Assembly (NCBI RefSeq): GCF_030028105.1
Contig: NC_092378.1
Location: forward strand, 107,683,731-107,747,730
Length of the DNA stretch: 64,000 nucleotides
Origin: Mobula birostris
Lineage: Eukaryota
Reading direction: 5' to 3'
In this document: one piece after another, positions 51,742-64,000 of the stretch
How the letters are laid out: each line of letters opens with the position of its first letter
Position numbering within the stretch: the first letter of the stretch is position 1
Position numbers and translations under genes: made by a program
Notes under the pieces: generated by a model
Database searches by the model: none
Told to the model about the DNA's origin: nothing
The model's input: only the letters and a program-made list of their open reading frames with translations

Positions 51742-52530
51742 TGTTACATACCTCATGGAGGTCACCTGATATAATTTTCCCGCCGATGTGAGGTCATGTG
51801 ATGACATGTTCACCACGGGTATAAACGGGAAGACCCCTGGTGACACAGTTAGTTTTCCAGTTAGAATGTCAACGAGATACTCCGCTTTGCTGTGTATTTG
51901 CATTATGATGCAGTTTTGATTTTAAACGGAGTTTTATGTTCTATTGTAAAGTACAGAAGTACTGGGTCGGCAGTTTGACCAATTGCTGCCAGGTTTGTTA
52001 ATGTATCTTTTCAGTAACATTGGAGAGTGAAGACGGGACCCTGAAGGAGACATTCGACGGGTTTGGAAAGGATCGACCATTATTGAATTCGTTCAAGAAA
52101 GAGTGATCTGCATGAGATAGCCTCTGCTAAAAGTGGCAGAAAAGGCTGAGCAGGATCTAGTCTACGGAAGGAAAGGTCAGTGCCTTTAGACCGTTTTATT
52201 TCCGTCATCGTGAATCCTGTGGACAAGGCAGGATCCGACTGGGAGTGGCAGTGACGTTGTGTCTTCGAGGAATTTGTTACTTCATGAAAGTCTCTCCTAA
52301 TTGATTATATAGATCTCTTGGACTTTAAAATTTACCATTCGAAGAACTGGTTTTGCATTTATCGCTTTAAGAGCTAGCACTGAGCAGCAGTTTAATGAAT
52401 GGCCGCATAGCAGTTTACTTCTGGTTAGGGTTTTCATTTGTTTTTTTTTTGTTGTTTATCAGCGTTTAATAAATGCTTGTTTGTTTATAAATCCTGACTC
52501 GATATATTCATTGTTACCGATCACGTGACA
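51742..52530 (+). mobile_element. Solo LTR
   Basis: TGTTAC...GTGACA termini, ACCCT/ACACT flanks, AATAAA at 52468. Empty site near 56729. Confidence 0.75.
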
Positions 52531-55500
52531 ACACTTCATTTGTAACTCCACACATACTTTACCACACTGATCCTAAAGGGGAAATATTCTCTACCTTTAA
52601 TATGCATTAAAACTGTGAAGCCTCACCTTCACCTTACCTGCCAAAGATATCCCATGTCCTCTTTTCAGCCTTTGGTTGAAGAATTTCCTTCTCAGCTCTT
52701 TTAAAGGGACAAGCCTAAAGTCTGAGGGCATGCCCTTGGATCCAAGTATCTCCTCCTAATGGAAATATTCTCTCCCACGTCCACTCTGTCCAGCCCTTTC
52801 AGTATCTGATAGTTTTCACTGAGATAGACCCTCATCCTTCTGAACACCATTGAGTACAGGCCCGGAGATATCAAACACCTCTGATGCGTTAAGCCTTCAT
52901 TTCAATGATCATTCTTGTGAGTATCTGGATCTCCTCCAATCTAGTACACCCTTCCTTGGAGAAAGGACCCAAAATTGCTCACAATATTGCTCGAGATCTA
53001 CAAGCTTACTCTCTGCTCCTTATTCAGAAATGCAGTCCTGTGCAGAAGTCTTTGGAACGCAAACTAAGTCTTGCATTGTACTGCATGACAATAAAGCCTC
53101 AGCATTATATATTTGCTTTTATATTCTAATCCTCCCAAAATGAATGTTAATATTGCATTTGTCTTGTTTACTATTCACTCAACCTGCAAGTTAACCTGAT
53201 GGAATTCTGGATTAGGAATTCCAAGTATCTTAACACCACTAATTTCTGCATGTACTCCTCATTTAGGAAATAGTCCTTTGTTCTTCCTACCAACATGTAT
53301 AACCCCACAATCCCTATTCTACATTCCATCTGCTTATTCTTTGCCCACTCTCCCGACCTGTCCAGGTCATTCTGCAGACTTCCTGTCTCTGGGATATTGC
53401 CTGTTCGCCCACTTGTCAAGCATAGCCACAATATCATCAGTTCCTTCATCTAAATCATTATTACATAAAATGAAAAGCTGCAAATTCAACACTAAATTCC
53501 AAAAGTTACCAGCAGCCATCGTGAAAAACACCATTTTATCCCCAATCTCTGACTTCTGGCAATCAACCATTTTTCTATCTATACTTGTACTTTATCTCTT
53601 ATCCAGAATAGCAGCATTGTGTGCCAGACCTTGTTAAAAGCTTCCTGATAATCCAAACAAATGATATCCGCTCAATGTATCATGTTTCTGTAAGAGATAT
53701 AATATCACAATCCTACGTGTCAAAGATGTCCTGATATCACCAGCCTGTTTGGCTTCTTGCAGTTTAGGTGGTCAAACCTTCCTCGTTCCTTGTCCTAACC
53801 TTGCTGACTGGATTTGTTCACTTTAAACTTTATATTTATTCCAGTTTTCTCATGGATTCCATAACCACTTTACGATCCATATCCTGCTCAACTTGTTCAA
53901 ACACATCCAAGCAATTCTAGCCATTGCCTCAGCCAAGAAACCTATTTAAACATATTTCTCTCGTACAAGTGCCTTCTGACCTGGAAGATATCCCACCATT
54001 CCAAGGTGTTTGGCGGACCTGCGCCAGTTCATCAGCCACATATTCATCAACCCTATCCTGCTATTCCCATCTTCACTAGGACACCAGAGATTACATCCCA
54101 ACTGTCCCTACTTTTTAAACTTCTACCCATCTCTCTCAATTCCCTCTGCTGTATCTCATCCTTTTGATTCATCTACAGCCCCAGTCACTCTATGCAGTTG
54201 GTCAGGAGCTGCAACTGAGCACACCTCCCACAAGTATAATCACCAGGAACCATGGAAGCTTCCCTGACCTTCCCATGTTCTGCAGGATGAGCACAGAACT
54301 GCCCTGACTGCCACCTCTAAACCACTGAGACTATGGATGGATGGAAAGATCTTACCTCAGCTTACCTGACCAATGTTCAGCATCTTCACAAAAGCCTCAC
54401 ACTTACAATGAAAAAACATTCTAGTAATTCCTTTCCTGCATTTTTGTGTGCAAAACTAACAATGTATGTCTCTCTCGTGCTGTTTAAATCAAGTAGATGT
54501 AGGCTTAGTATCTAATGCGCCTCACTGTAAATTGTGCTGGTGACTCTCTAGAGTTGTAGCATGCTGCTTCAGCTTCAGAATGAACACATGAACAGAGGGC
54601 AGCTACAAGTTTACAATGATACCACCACAGTGAGCCAAATCTCAAATAACAACAAGCTGAGTAAAGTAAGAGCCTAGCAACATGCTGTCATGACAACAAT
54701 CTTTCCCTCAATGTCAATGAAACAAAAGAGCTGGTCATTGACTTCACGAGGGTGGGTGGTGCACACACACCTGATTACATCAACGGTGTTGAGATCAAAT
54801 AGGTTGAGAGCTTCAAGTTCCCAGGAGTGAATATCACCCACAGGCTCCTAGTTCAACCATGTAGATATAATGGCCAAGAAATCTCAGTTTCTTCTGGACC
54901 CTAAAGGAATCTGGCATGTCCCAACTGATCGTCATCAGATTTTATTGATACACCATAGAATGCATCCTATCCAGATGCATCACAGGTTGATATGGCAACC
55001 GCTCTCCCTATAATCGCCAGAAAATGCAAAGGTTTGTGGACAAAGTTTAACATAGAACAAAACCCAGCATTTTTGTCCATGGAAAACACCAGTGTTTCCA
55101 TGGATATTGTCTACAGTTTTTGCTGCTCTGATGAAGAAATCAGAATAATCAAAGACCTCCCATAGGCCAGAAGATATAAATGTTTGAAAGTATATCCTAC
55201 TCAGTTCAAGGACAACTTCTGTTCAGCTTGTTATAAGGGCATTAAATAGTACCCTAGTAGGATAATGTCTTGACCTCACAATCTACCTCACTGCGGCCTT
55301 GAATCTTACTGTCAGCTTGCGTTGCATTTTCTCAGTAACAGTAACACTCTATTCTGGATTCTGTTGTTATGCGCCTAGCAGTGTGGGCTGTTTTGTGCAA
55401 TGCCCGCTGCAGTGCTTGGAGAGGACAGGCTGCATGGACGACTGATCGGGGAATATTCAAGCAAACTGGTGTCCAAGCTGAATGGTGTCGAGCTTCTTGA

Positions 55501-55580
55501 GTGATGTTGGAGAAGCATTCATTCAGGCAATTAGCGAGTATTCCATCACACTGCAGAATTGTACCTTTAGAAGTTGGAAA

Positions 55581-58500
55581 GTGGCTGATTTATTAAGTAT
55601 ACACAATTTCAGAAAAACTTCTGTCAGATATGTCCATTTGCAAGAACACAAACAATACTGCAGGGTCTGTTTACTTCTATCACTAGATAACAACAGAGAG
55701 GAGAAAGAACTTGGACATGAAAGCATTGAACCAACAAATGTCTGTTTGCATGGCAGTTACTTTTCACCCCATTGTAAATGAATCAAGTTCAGATTCTGAA
55801 TAACAAAATATTTGAAAGAGGATATCGAAATATTTCCGTATGGCTTTTATACTTCAACAACATATCATGACTCACTACTCAAAGCAAGCTTTACATTTAA
55901 AATATAGATTTATACAACAAGGGAACAGTCCATTTAGCCAAACTCATCCATACCTGCTAATGCCTATCTGACCTAGTCACTCACATTTGCTCATATTTGG
56001 CTCATATTCATCTAAACCATCTCTAACAGTGGAACTGTTTAAATGTCTCTTCCACAGTGAGATTATACATGTCTCTACAGCTTGCTCTCCCAGCTCATTT
56101 CATATACCTTCCACTCTGTGTGAAAAAGTTTCTCTTCGGGTGTCTGTGTATAGACTGTCCTACACTCAGATAAACATTATGACCACCCATTGATTCCACT
56201 CTTGATTTATATCAGGTCACCCCTCAGCTGCCTACTCTCCAGGGAAATTGTGAAAAGCAATTCTGGCTCTCCTTAAAACTTAATCCTGAAAAAGCATTTT
56301 GTTTTCCAAAACAGAATTACCAATGCAGCTTTAAATATGCAATCACATAATCCCAGAAATTCAACATCCAGAAGACAAAATCAACATTATTATCTCTTTC
56401 AATATCATTATGGATAGAGGAATTTGTCTCTTCCCCTTCTGGAATACTGAAGTTGGAGTATTCAATTGGTTTATGCAACTCCAAAATTTCCTACAATATA
56501 TTTCCTGAAAGTCCATGCTGAAATATAAATTTTCCTTCTGTGATTAGAGCAACCTGATATCAGTATCTTGGAGATATATACACTATGTATTATGAGCTTC
56601 GACTGCAAATGTCTCGTCTTTAGTATGTCAATATGCTTCAGGATATCATTGAAATTCTCCCTGAACCCACCAGGTTTCATATCCTTTGCCACAGTAAAGA
56701 CAGATGAGAAATACACATTTAAGACTTTACTCTTTACTTGTAGCTGCACATATATATTACTAAAGGGAAAATACTCTCATCTTTTACCTATTTTTCTCTT
56801 AATACACATAAAAACTGTGTCCTCATGTGTTAAGCCTTTCATTCCTGTGATCATTCTTGTGAGTGTCTGGACCCCACCAGGCTCTCTTCTTTAGCGACCA
56901 GATCCAAAATTGCTCACAATATTCCAAATACAGTCTGACCTATGACTTAAACCACAGCATTATATATTTGTTTTTATATTCTAATCCTTCCAAAATGAAT
57001 GCTAATTCACTTCTTTACTATTAACTCACCTGCAAATTATCCTTGAAGGAATTCTAAGTTAGGAATCCTAAGTCACTTTACTCCTCTGATTTCTGAAATT
57101 TCTCCCCATTTAGAAAATAGTCTGCTGTTCTTCTTCTAATGTGTATAACCTCACATTCACTATTCTGTATCCCATCTCCCTCAACTTTGCCCACTCTCCC
57201 AACCTGTCCAGGTCATTCTACAGACTACTTGCTTGTTCCTCCGCTTATCAAGTGTAGCCACAATATCATCAGTTCCATCCAAATCATTATTGTATGAAGT
57301 GAAAAGCTGCAAATCCAACACTGACTCCTTTGGAATTCCAAAAGTCACCAGCAGCCATCCCGAAAAGTACCCTTTATCTCAACTTTCCGACTTCTGGCAA
57401 TCAACCACCTTTCTATCTATACTTGTACTTTATCACTTATCTAGTGTAGCAGCTTTGTGTGCCAGACCTTGTTAAAGACTTCCTGAAAATCCAAACAAAT
57501 GATATCCACTCACTGTCTCATGTTTCTGTAATAGATATACTATCACAATCCCACATGCCAAAGATATCCGAAGATACATCAGCCTGTTCGGCTTCTTGCA
57601 GTTTAGGTGGTCAGACCTTCCTCGCTCCTTGTCCTGCTCCTGCTGGCTGGGTTTGTTCAATTTAGCCTCTATAATTGCTCCAGTTTTCTCTTTGATTGCA
57701 TAACCACTTTGGGATCCATATCCTGCTCAACTTGTTCAAACACATCCAAGTACCTCTAGCAATTTCCTCGGCCAAGAAGCCAATTGCAACATATCTCTCT
57801 TGTACAAGTGACCTCTGTCCTGGAAGAATCCCACCATTCTGAGGTGTCTGTCAGACCTGCACCAGTTCATCAGCCACACATTCATCAGCCCTATCCTGCT
57901 ATTCCCATAAACCTGGTGCTCCTACTTTTGAACCATCTACCCAATTCTCTCAATTCCTTCTGCATTATTTCATCCTTTTGATTCAGCTACAGCCCCAGTC
58001 ACTCTATGCGGTCAGTCAGGAGCTGCAACTGAACACACCTCCCACAGGTATAATCACAAGGAACCAATGGAGCTTCCCTGGCTTTCCCATGTTCTGCAGG
58101 ATGAACACACAACTGTCTTGACTGCCATCTCTAAACCATCAAGACTACGAACAGACAGAGGAGATCTTACCTCATCTTACCTTTCCAATGCTCAGGTTCT
58201 TCACTGAAGTCTCTCCAGATCCTTACACTTACAATGAAACAAATCTGAAAAATTCCTTTGTTGCATTTTCATGTGCAAAACTCATAATCTATGTCCCTCT
58301 AGTGCTACTTAGATCAAGTAGACATAGACTCAGTATGTAATGTGTCCCACTCTAAATCATGCTAGTGATTCTCTACTTTCAGCTGTTTCAGCTTCAGAAT
58401 GAACACATGAATGGAGATCCATCAATATCACAGGGCTACCCTGTCTTCAGCACACAACATGAGTCCATAACCAACAGACAACACTCAGTGAGGATAGGTA

Positions 58501-59131
58501 GCACTTGTTTGCCTTGATAAAGAAGCCAGGATAATCAAAGACCCCACTCACCCCAGAACTGGTCTCTTCTCCACTCCCCCACAGAGCAGAAGATGCAAAT
58601 GTTTGAAAACACATACTAGTAGGCTCAAGGACAGCTCTTGCCCCACAGTTATAAGGGCACTGAACTGTCCCCAAGTAAGATGATCTCTTCTCCTCACAAT
58701 CTATCTCACTGTGGCCTTGCATCTTATTGTACTTTCTCAGCAAACGTAACATTTTATTCTTCATTCTGTTACTGTTTTACCATGTACTACCTCAGTGCAC
58801 TGTTGTAACAAAATTATCTTTATGAATGCTATGCAAGACATATTTTTTCAATCTTAGTACATGTGACAATAATAAATCGATTTAACAACAGATCCCTTGT
58901 GTTTTGTCTCCTAAAGGGGCAACATATAAGCAGAGCAGCTGAAGCTGGGGTTGTGGACAGCTTTGTGCAACGACTGCTGCAGTGGCTGGAGAGGACAGGA
59001 TGCATGGATGGCTGATGGAGCAAGTGTGAATGGTGTTGAGCTTCTTTAATGCTGTACGAGATGCCCTCTTTCAGGCAAGTGGGGAGTATTCTATCACACT
59101 GCAGAATTGTACCTTTGGTGAAAGTTGGAAA
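55581..59131 (+). repeat. Extra direct copy of the alpha 3' flank / alpha-beta spacer
   Basis: Restarts at GTGGCTGATTTATTAAG (compare 12004 and 50606) and re-runs the sequence of 50606-55580. Confidence 0.9.
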
Positions 59132-60349
59132 GTTCTGACTGTGGTATATGTGAGTCTCTTGCCATAGCAAAGCCAGAGTCTGACCAGCTCATATATCCAA
59201 AGCAGATCTGTAGCTGATCCATTTTGGTACTTGGTCAGTAATGATTCACAGGGGTGTTGGTGGTAGAACTCAATGATAATGGTCTTGAGCACAAGGACAA
59301 ATGTCTGCATGGCATCTTGTTGGAGATCCGTGTTACGAGGCACTTTGGTAATGTGAATATTACTGGCTACTTATGGCAGAATGTTGTGTGGCACTTGTTG
59401 TACCAAGACACGGGGTACTTCATTTACTGAGTAGAAAATGTATTTGAACGTTGTACTATCAGTGGTGAGAACTTTCACGTCTGACAATTAAAAACAATTG
59501 CAAATGTTGGAAATATCACAAACAGAATGTTGAAATTATTCAAAAGCTCAGGCTGTACCTGTGGCTGGGAAAGAAGAAATCACATAGACGTGACCTCCCA
59601 AGTATTTCCAACATTCTGTAAATTAAATTGGTAAATTAGCAATTTGGTTTATTGTGGTTGTGTGTTTTTATCCCATATCTGATATTCTGACCCGTCCTTT
59701 GAAATTTTGCACACACCTTAGGAGCTTAGTATGTCTTTTTTAGAAAGAAAAGGCCAAAACTATGTACAATAACATAGCTGTTATTTCACCAGCCTAGAAC
59801 AGTATAGGACAAGAAAAGGCCCTTCAGCCAAACTAATTAACCTAGTGATATCTAACCTCTTCTGCCAGCAGATCCATATCCCTCGTTCTCTGCACATTCT
59901 TGTGTCTTTCTGAGAGCGTCTTCAAAGCCTCTAACATATCTACCTCCACTACCAACCATGGTAACACAGCACTGACATTCACCACTCTGTTAAAAAAAAC
60001 CTATCCGGTATATTTCCTTTGAACTTCCCACTCTTTGATAAATATATGCCCTCCAGTAGTAGGCATTTCATCCCTGGGCAAAAAGACACTGGCTGTGTAC
60101 TCTATCGAAGCCTCTCAAAATTTTATGTATTTCTGTCAGGTCAATCCTCGCCTACTTCAGTGAAAATAACTCTCATCTGTCCACTGTCCTTATAGCACAT
60201 TCTCTCCAATACAGCCAGCACACTGGTAAACCTCTTCTGAACCCTCTCCATGGCCTACACATCCTTCCAATGACGAGTGACCTGAATTGAATATAATACT
60301 CCAGATGCAGGCCTTCTTAAACAAACTGTTAACAGACATTGTCTATCCA

Positions 60350-60885
60350 TGGCCTCCTCTACTGTCAAGATGAAGCCACATTCAGGTTGGAGGAACAACA
60401 CCCTATATTCCATCTGGGTAGCCTCCAACCTGATGGCATGAACATAGACTTCTCTAACTTCCGTTAATGCCCCTCCTCCCCTTCTTACCCCATCCTTTAT
60501 TTATTTATTTCCCCTTTTTTTTCTCTCTCTCTTTTTTCTCTTCTGTCCCTCTCACAATAACTCCTTGCTTTCTCTCCATCTTCCTCTGATGCTCCCCTCC
60601 CCCTTTCTTTTTCCCTAGGCCTCCCATCCCATGATCCTCTCCCTTCTCCAGCCTTGTATCCCTTTTGCCAATCAACTTTCCAGCTTTCCCTCTCCCTCCT
60701 GTCTTCTCCTATCATTTTGGATCTCCCCCTCCCCCTCCCATTTTCAAATCTCTTACTATCTCTTCTTTCAGTTAGCCCTGACGAAGGGTCTTCCTATAGA
60801 TGCTGCCTGGCCTGCTGCGTTCCACCAGCATTTTGCATGTGTTGCTTGAATTTCCAGCATCTGCAGATGTCCTCATGTTTGCGTT
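60350..60885 (+). mobile_element. Penelope-like 3' end and terminal repeat
   Basis: RLEEQHPIFHLGSLQPDGMNIDFSNFR* C-terminus, then a terminal repeat matching 1-270. Confidence 0.8.
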
Positions 60886-61627
60886 TTTAAACAGTCATTG
60901 TAAATGCTTGGGGTCCAAGCACTGGTCCCTGTTGGACCCCATTAGCTGCAGCCTGGCTATCTATGAAGGGTCTGTTTCTCTACTCTGTTTTCCATTTGTT
61001 TTAACAACTCTCAATGGACACAGTGATCCCAAATTGTATGTGAACTGTCCTCGTTCATCTTCTGCTGAATGTAAAATTATCAAAAGCCTATTGAAAATCC
61101 AATACACAAAAAGGCAGGAGACATTTGATTAATTCCTCCGCCATTTTATTGTTTCCCATTATAAAGTCTCACGTCTTTGTTTGTAAAGAATCCCCATTTT
61201 CCCGCATTGGTCTTTTCATGTTTACATTCTATCCACAGGAAGCTTGTGTATGCTCATGGCTGGTTCACTATCAAATGGACACACAACACAGAAATAGAGT
61301 TTTGTCCGCATGCGTCCATTTATAAAATTCCTAAATCTACCCACAGACGATGCAAGATGCTATTAGCTACTCAGTGAATGTTGATAGCAGAGTCATCAGT
61401 CAGAAAGACCCCAGGATCATGAAGTGCGCATTACTGCTATAGCCCAGTATTTTAAAATAATGTTGTCTTAATTTGATGATGTAAGTTTTCATCAGTTTTC
61501 CATTGGTACAGTCCCATATCTATATAGATGAGAACATTATTCAAGTTATATTGTAATAGTCATGGATCTGATTTCAACATCAGAAACATATTAATTTCTG
61601 AAAATTAGTATTATTTAATGAAAAAGT

Positions 61628-61977
61628 GCAATTGGCAAAATGAAGTGTAAAGCTGAACTTCAATTAACGAGAGAGTTCTACAGTTTGAAAATGAATGTAT
61701 TGAATTAATATTCAACAAAATTGGAGAATTATTCTTCGTGTTGGATGGGCAGAAGTGAGGCTCAGACAAGCAATTGTTCAGCAAGTGTTAACACACAAAC
61801 ACAGAAGGGTTGCAGCCCACGTTTGGAAAGTGTGCCCAACCCATCAAGTAATCAGCCTGTTACAGTAACGATTTAGCCTGAGATGAGCCATTTCAGAGCC
61901 TATAAAAGTGAAGGCAAAACTTCAGATCAACACAGCTTTCTTGTGTGAGCAGTGACAGTGAGAGCTCAACAGCCAAA
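61628..61977 (+). promoter_or_regulatory. beta2 promoter and 5'UTR
   Basis: TATAAAA 61901-61907. Homologous to the beta1 upstream region. Confidence 0.75.
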
Positions 61978-63232
61978 ATGGTGAAATTAACAAAGGCTCA
62001 GGAACAATACATCACGAACAAATGGGACCATTTGGATAAGAAAACAATAACTGCCCAAGCCTTGGCAAGGTATGATGAAAATGTATTTTCTGTTTCATGT
62101 TTAAATCATGCACTGTATTTTCAACTGTGGTTCCAGTGAAGGTTCTTTAATTTGCTATGCTTGCCTAGATGTTGTCATTGGGTGGAGGAATTAGTATTCA
62201 ACACTGCACTGAGATTCTAGTTAAACCTACAGAAACTCAACTCTTATATTTGGTAAAAATTTCTCAGTGGTGAGCTTTGAGAAATTAATTAATTCTAAAT
62301 TATCACAACAGAAACTGGACAATTTGTTTTTCTCTTTCTAGGGTATTCGCGGTCTATCCCTGGACAACCAGACTGTTTAAAAATTTCAATGGCCATTTTG
62401 CAGTCGGTGACCCTGGTGTTCAGGCTCATGCAGACAAAGTGCTAAAGGCTCTGAACACTGCAATTAAGGACTTGAAGAGTATTGAAACCAATTTATATGA
62501 TCTCAGCAGTAAACATCAAAAAATCGGAGTGGACACTCAGAATTTCAAGGTAAAAATTGATCTTTTTAGGATGTGCACATTTTGGTTAAAGGGGTGCTTT
62601 AGATATTTCTCAGTTACAGAGTCATAACAAATATGACAACCAAGCATTGTGGACTAAACTGCAGGCAAAAAGAGCACATCTGCTCACTGTGTAAAAGGCA
62701 GACCTTTTGAAATTTTCCAGAGGAGTTGATTTCAATTTCCCTTTATTCAACATCTAACAGATGCAGAATTGTTTTTGACTTCACTGCTCCAAGGATGCTG
62801 AAATTATCCTCACATTGTGTATTGTCTGTAGAGAGTTTGCTCCAGTTTGCTGTGCTTCAGGTTAATTAGCTACTGTTTGTCAAAAAAAGTCAAAAAGGCT
62901 TTGATGGGCACATGAAACAGGGATATGATGTCGGGGTACAGGGAAAAAGGTGGGGCCCAACGTATTTGCAACACTGGGAACTGACATCGACCCAGAGTTC
63001 AAAATGGACTCCTTCTGGGCAATTCTGTATGAAGTCATTGGAGGTTTGAGTTTTGCTTTCCAGGTTTGTTTCAGTGTTGTATAATTATCGTTTTTCTTCA
63101 CAGCTTCTCAGCCAGGCCTTCATTGTTGAACTCGCTCTTCATGATAAAAAGGCATTCAGACCAGAGGAACATGAAGCTGTCTACAAGTTTTTTAAACTGG
63201 TGACAGAAGCTCTCTCCAGCAACTACCATTAA
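61978..63232 (+). CDS. hbb: Haemoglobin beta chain, copy 2 (3 exons: 61978-62069, 62342-62549, 63104-63232)
   Basis: [46 protein letters not shown]...QAHADKV...[21 protein letters not shown]...ALSSNYH*. Exon lengths 92/208/129 nt as in copy 1. TATAAAA at 61901-61907, AATAAA at 63433-63438. Confidence 0.97.
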
Positions 63233-64000
63233 ATCTATAACCTGCATCCTCCACCACCTTCAGAAATGCAATGAAAACATGTATTATCAGCATCTACAAT
63301 GTGTTTTTTGCTTAAAGTATTTGTGTAGCATCAGGTTCAAGTCATGTTAATGTAAAGGTGGCACAATACTCCTCTTTGTATGGTCATTTTATTCAAAAGT
63401 TGAAAAAGATCTGTAAGTATTCTCTTTGCTACAATAAAGAAACAAACATTTCTCTCACAGAAGTAAATTCTTCATCTCTAGAGAATAAAATTAAAAGATC
63501 TATGACTTGGTAAATTTTGAGATGAACAACGAATAGGTGTTAAAAAAACAGACATTGTGCTGTAGGACCTTTCACTGTTCCAGGACAGGGTCAAAGCATT
63601 GTTCATCTGAAGTACTTTAGAAATAAACTAACTGATGTACTTTGGGGAAAAGTAGCAGCCAAACTCTCACTTTTATCTCACATTTCATAACAAGTTATCA
63701 GCCCAATGACACACTGTCAGTCCTCAGAGTAATTCCAAAGCTCTTAGATTTTCTGTACCCATCCAACACACAATCCATTAACACCTCCCCATTCTCCCAT
63801 CACCATCACATCTTAGACCATTTTTGTACAACAGTAGCACATAGTTGGGATGAATTATAAACAGATTGTCTATACGGAGTAATGATTTAATTATTCATCA
63901 GCAGGCCATTTTAAAAAGAGATTTGATGACCGGTATAACACCCAGACTTTTGCTTAGAAAATGTATTATAGCATACGTAATAGAATAAAGCAATACAGTT

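Larger units (their letters stand above)
30930..63960 (+). repeat. Segmental duplication unit B (alpha2-beta2), expanded by insertions
   Basis: Same order and orientation of blocks as unit A, with extra transposons and a doubled spacer. Confidence 0.9.

Noticed and set aside
1-64000. CRISPR arrays, rRNA/tRNA genes, operons, or flanking genes such as NPRL3/LUC7L
   Set aside because: This is a vertebrate intron-containing locus and none of these were recognisable. tRNA-like heads belong to degenerate SINEs. Small exons of other genes could be missed by eye.

Overview
Eukaryotic, repeat-rich genomic DNA from a cartilaginous fish. The globin sequences and repeat families point to a myliobatiform ray (inference). 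The window holds a haemoglobin cluster of four intact three-exon genes, all on the + strand, in the order alpha1 (10916-11869), beta1 (18451-20492), alpha2 (49582-50502), beta2 (61978-63232). The cluster arose by tandem duplication of a large alpha-beta unit (copy A ~270-23010, copy B ~30930-63960). Points not visible in the ORF track: (i) a decayed, divergent beta-type globin pseudogene at ~23930-24460; (ii) a third, gene-less copy of the alpha-to-beta spacer starting at 55581, possibly the scar of a deleted unit; (iii) a near-identically conserved GATA/AP-1/E-box candidate erythroid enhancer upstream of both alpha genes; (iv) paired filled/empty transposon sites and promoter and protein differences between paralogues; (v) a minimal hammerhead-ribozyme-like motif in a Penelope terminal repeat. 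The remainder is CR1, Penelope, Rex1/RTE-like, Tc1, hAT-Buster, SINE and solo-LTR debris, which explains most ORF-track entries.
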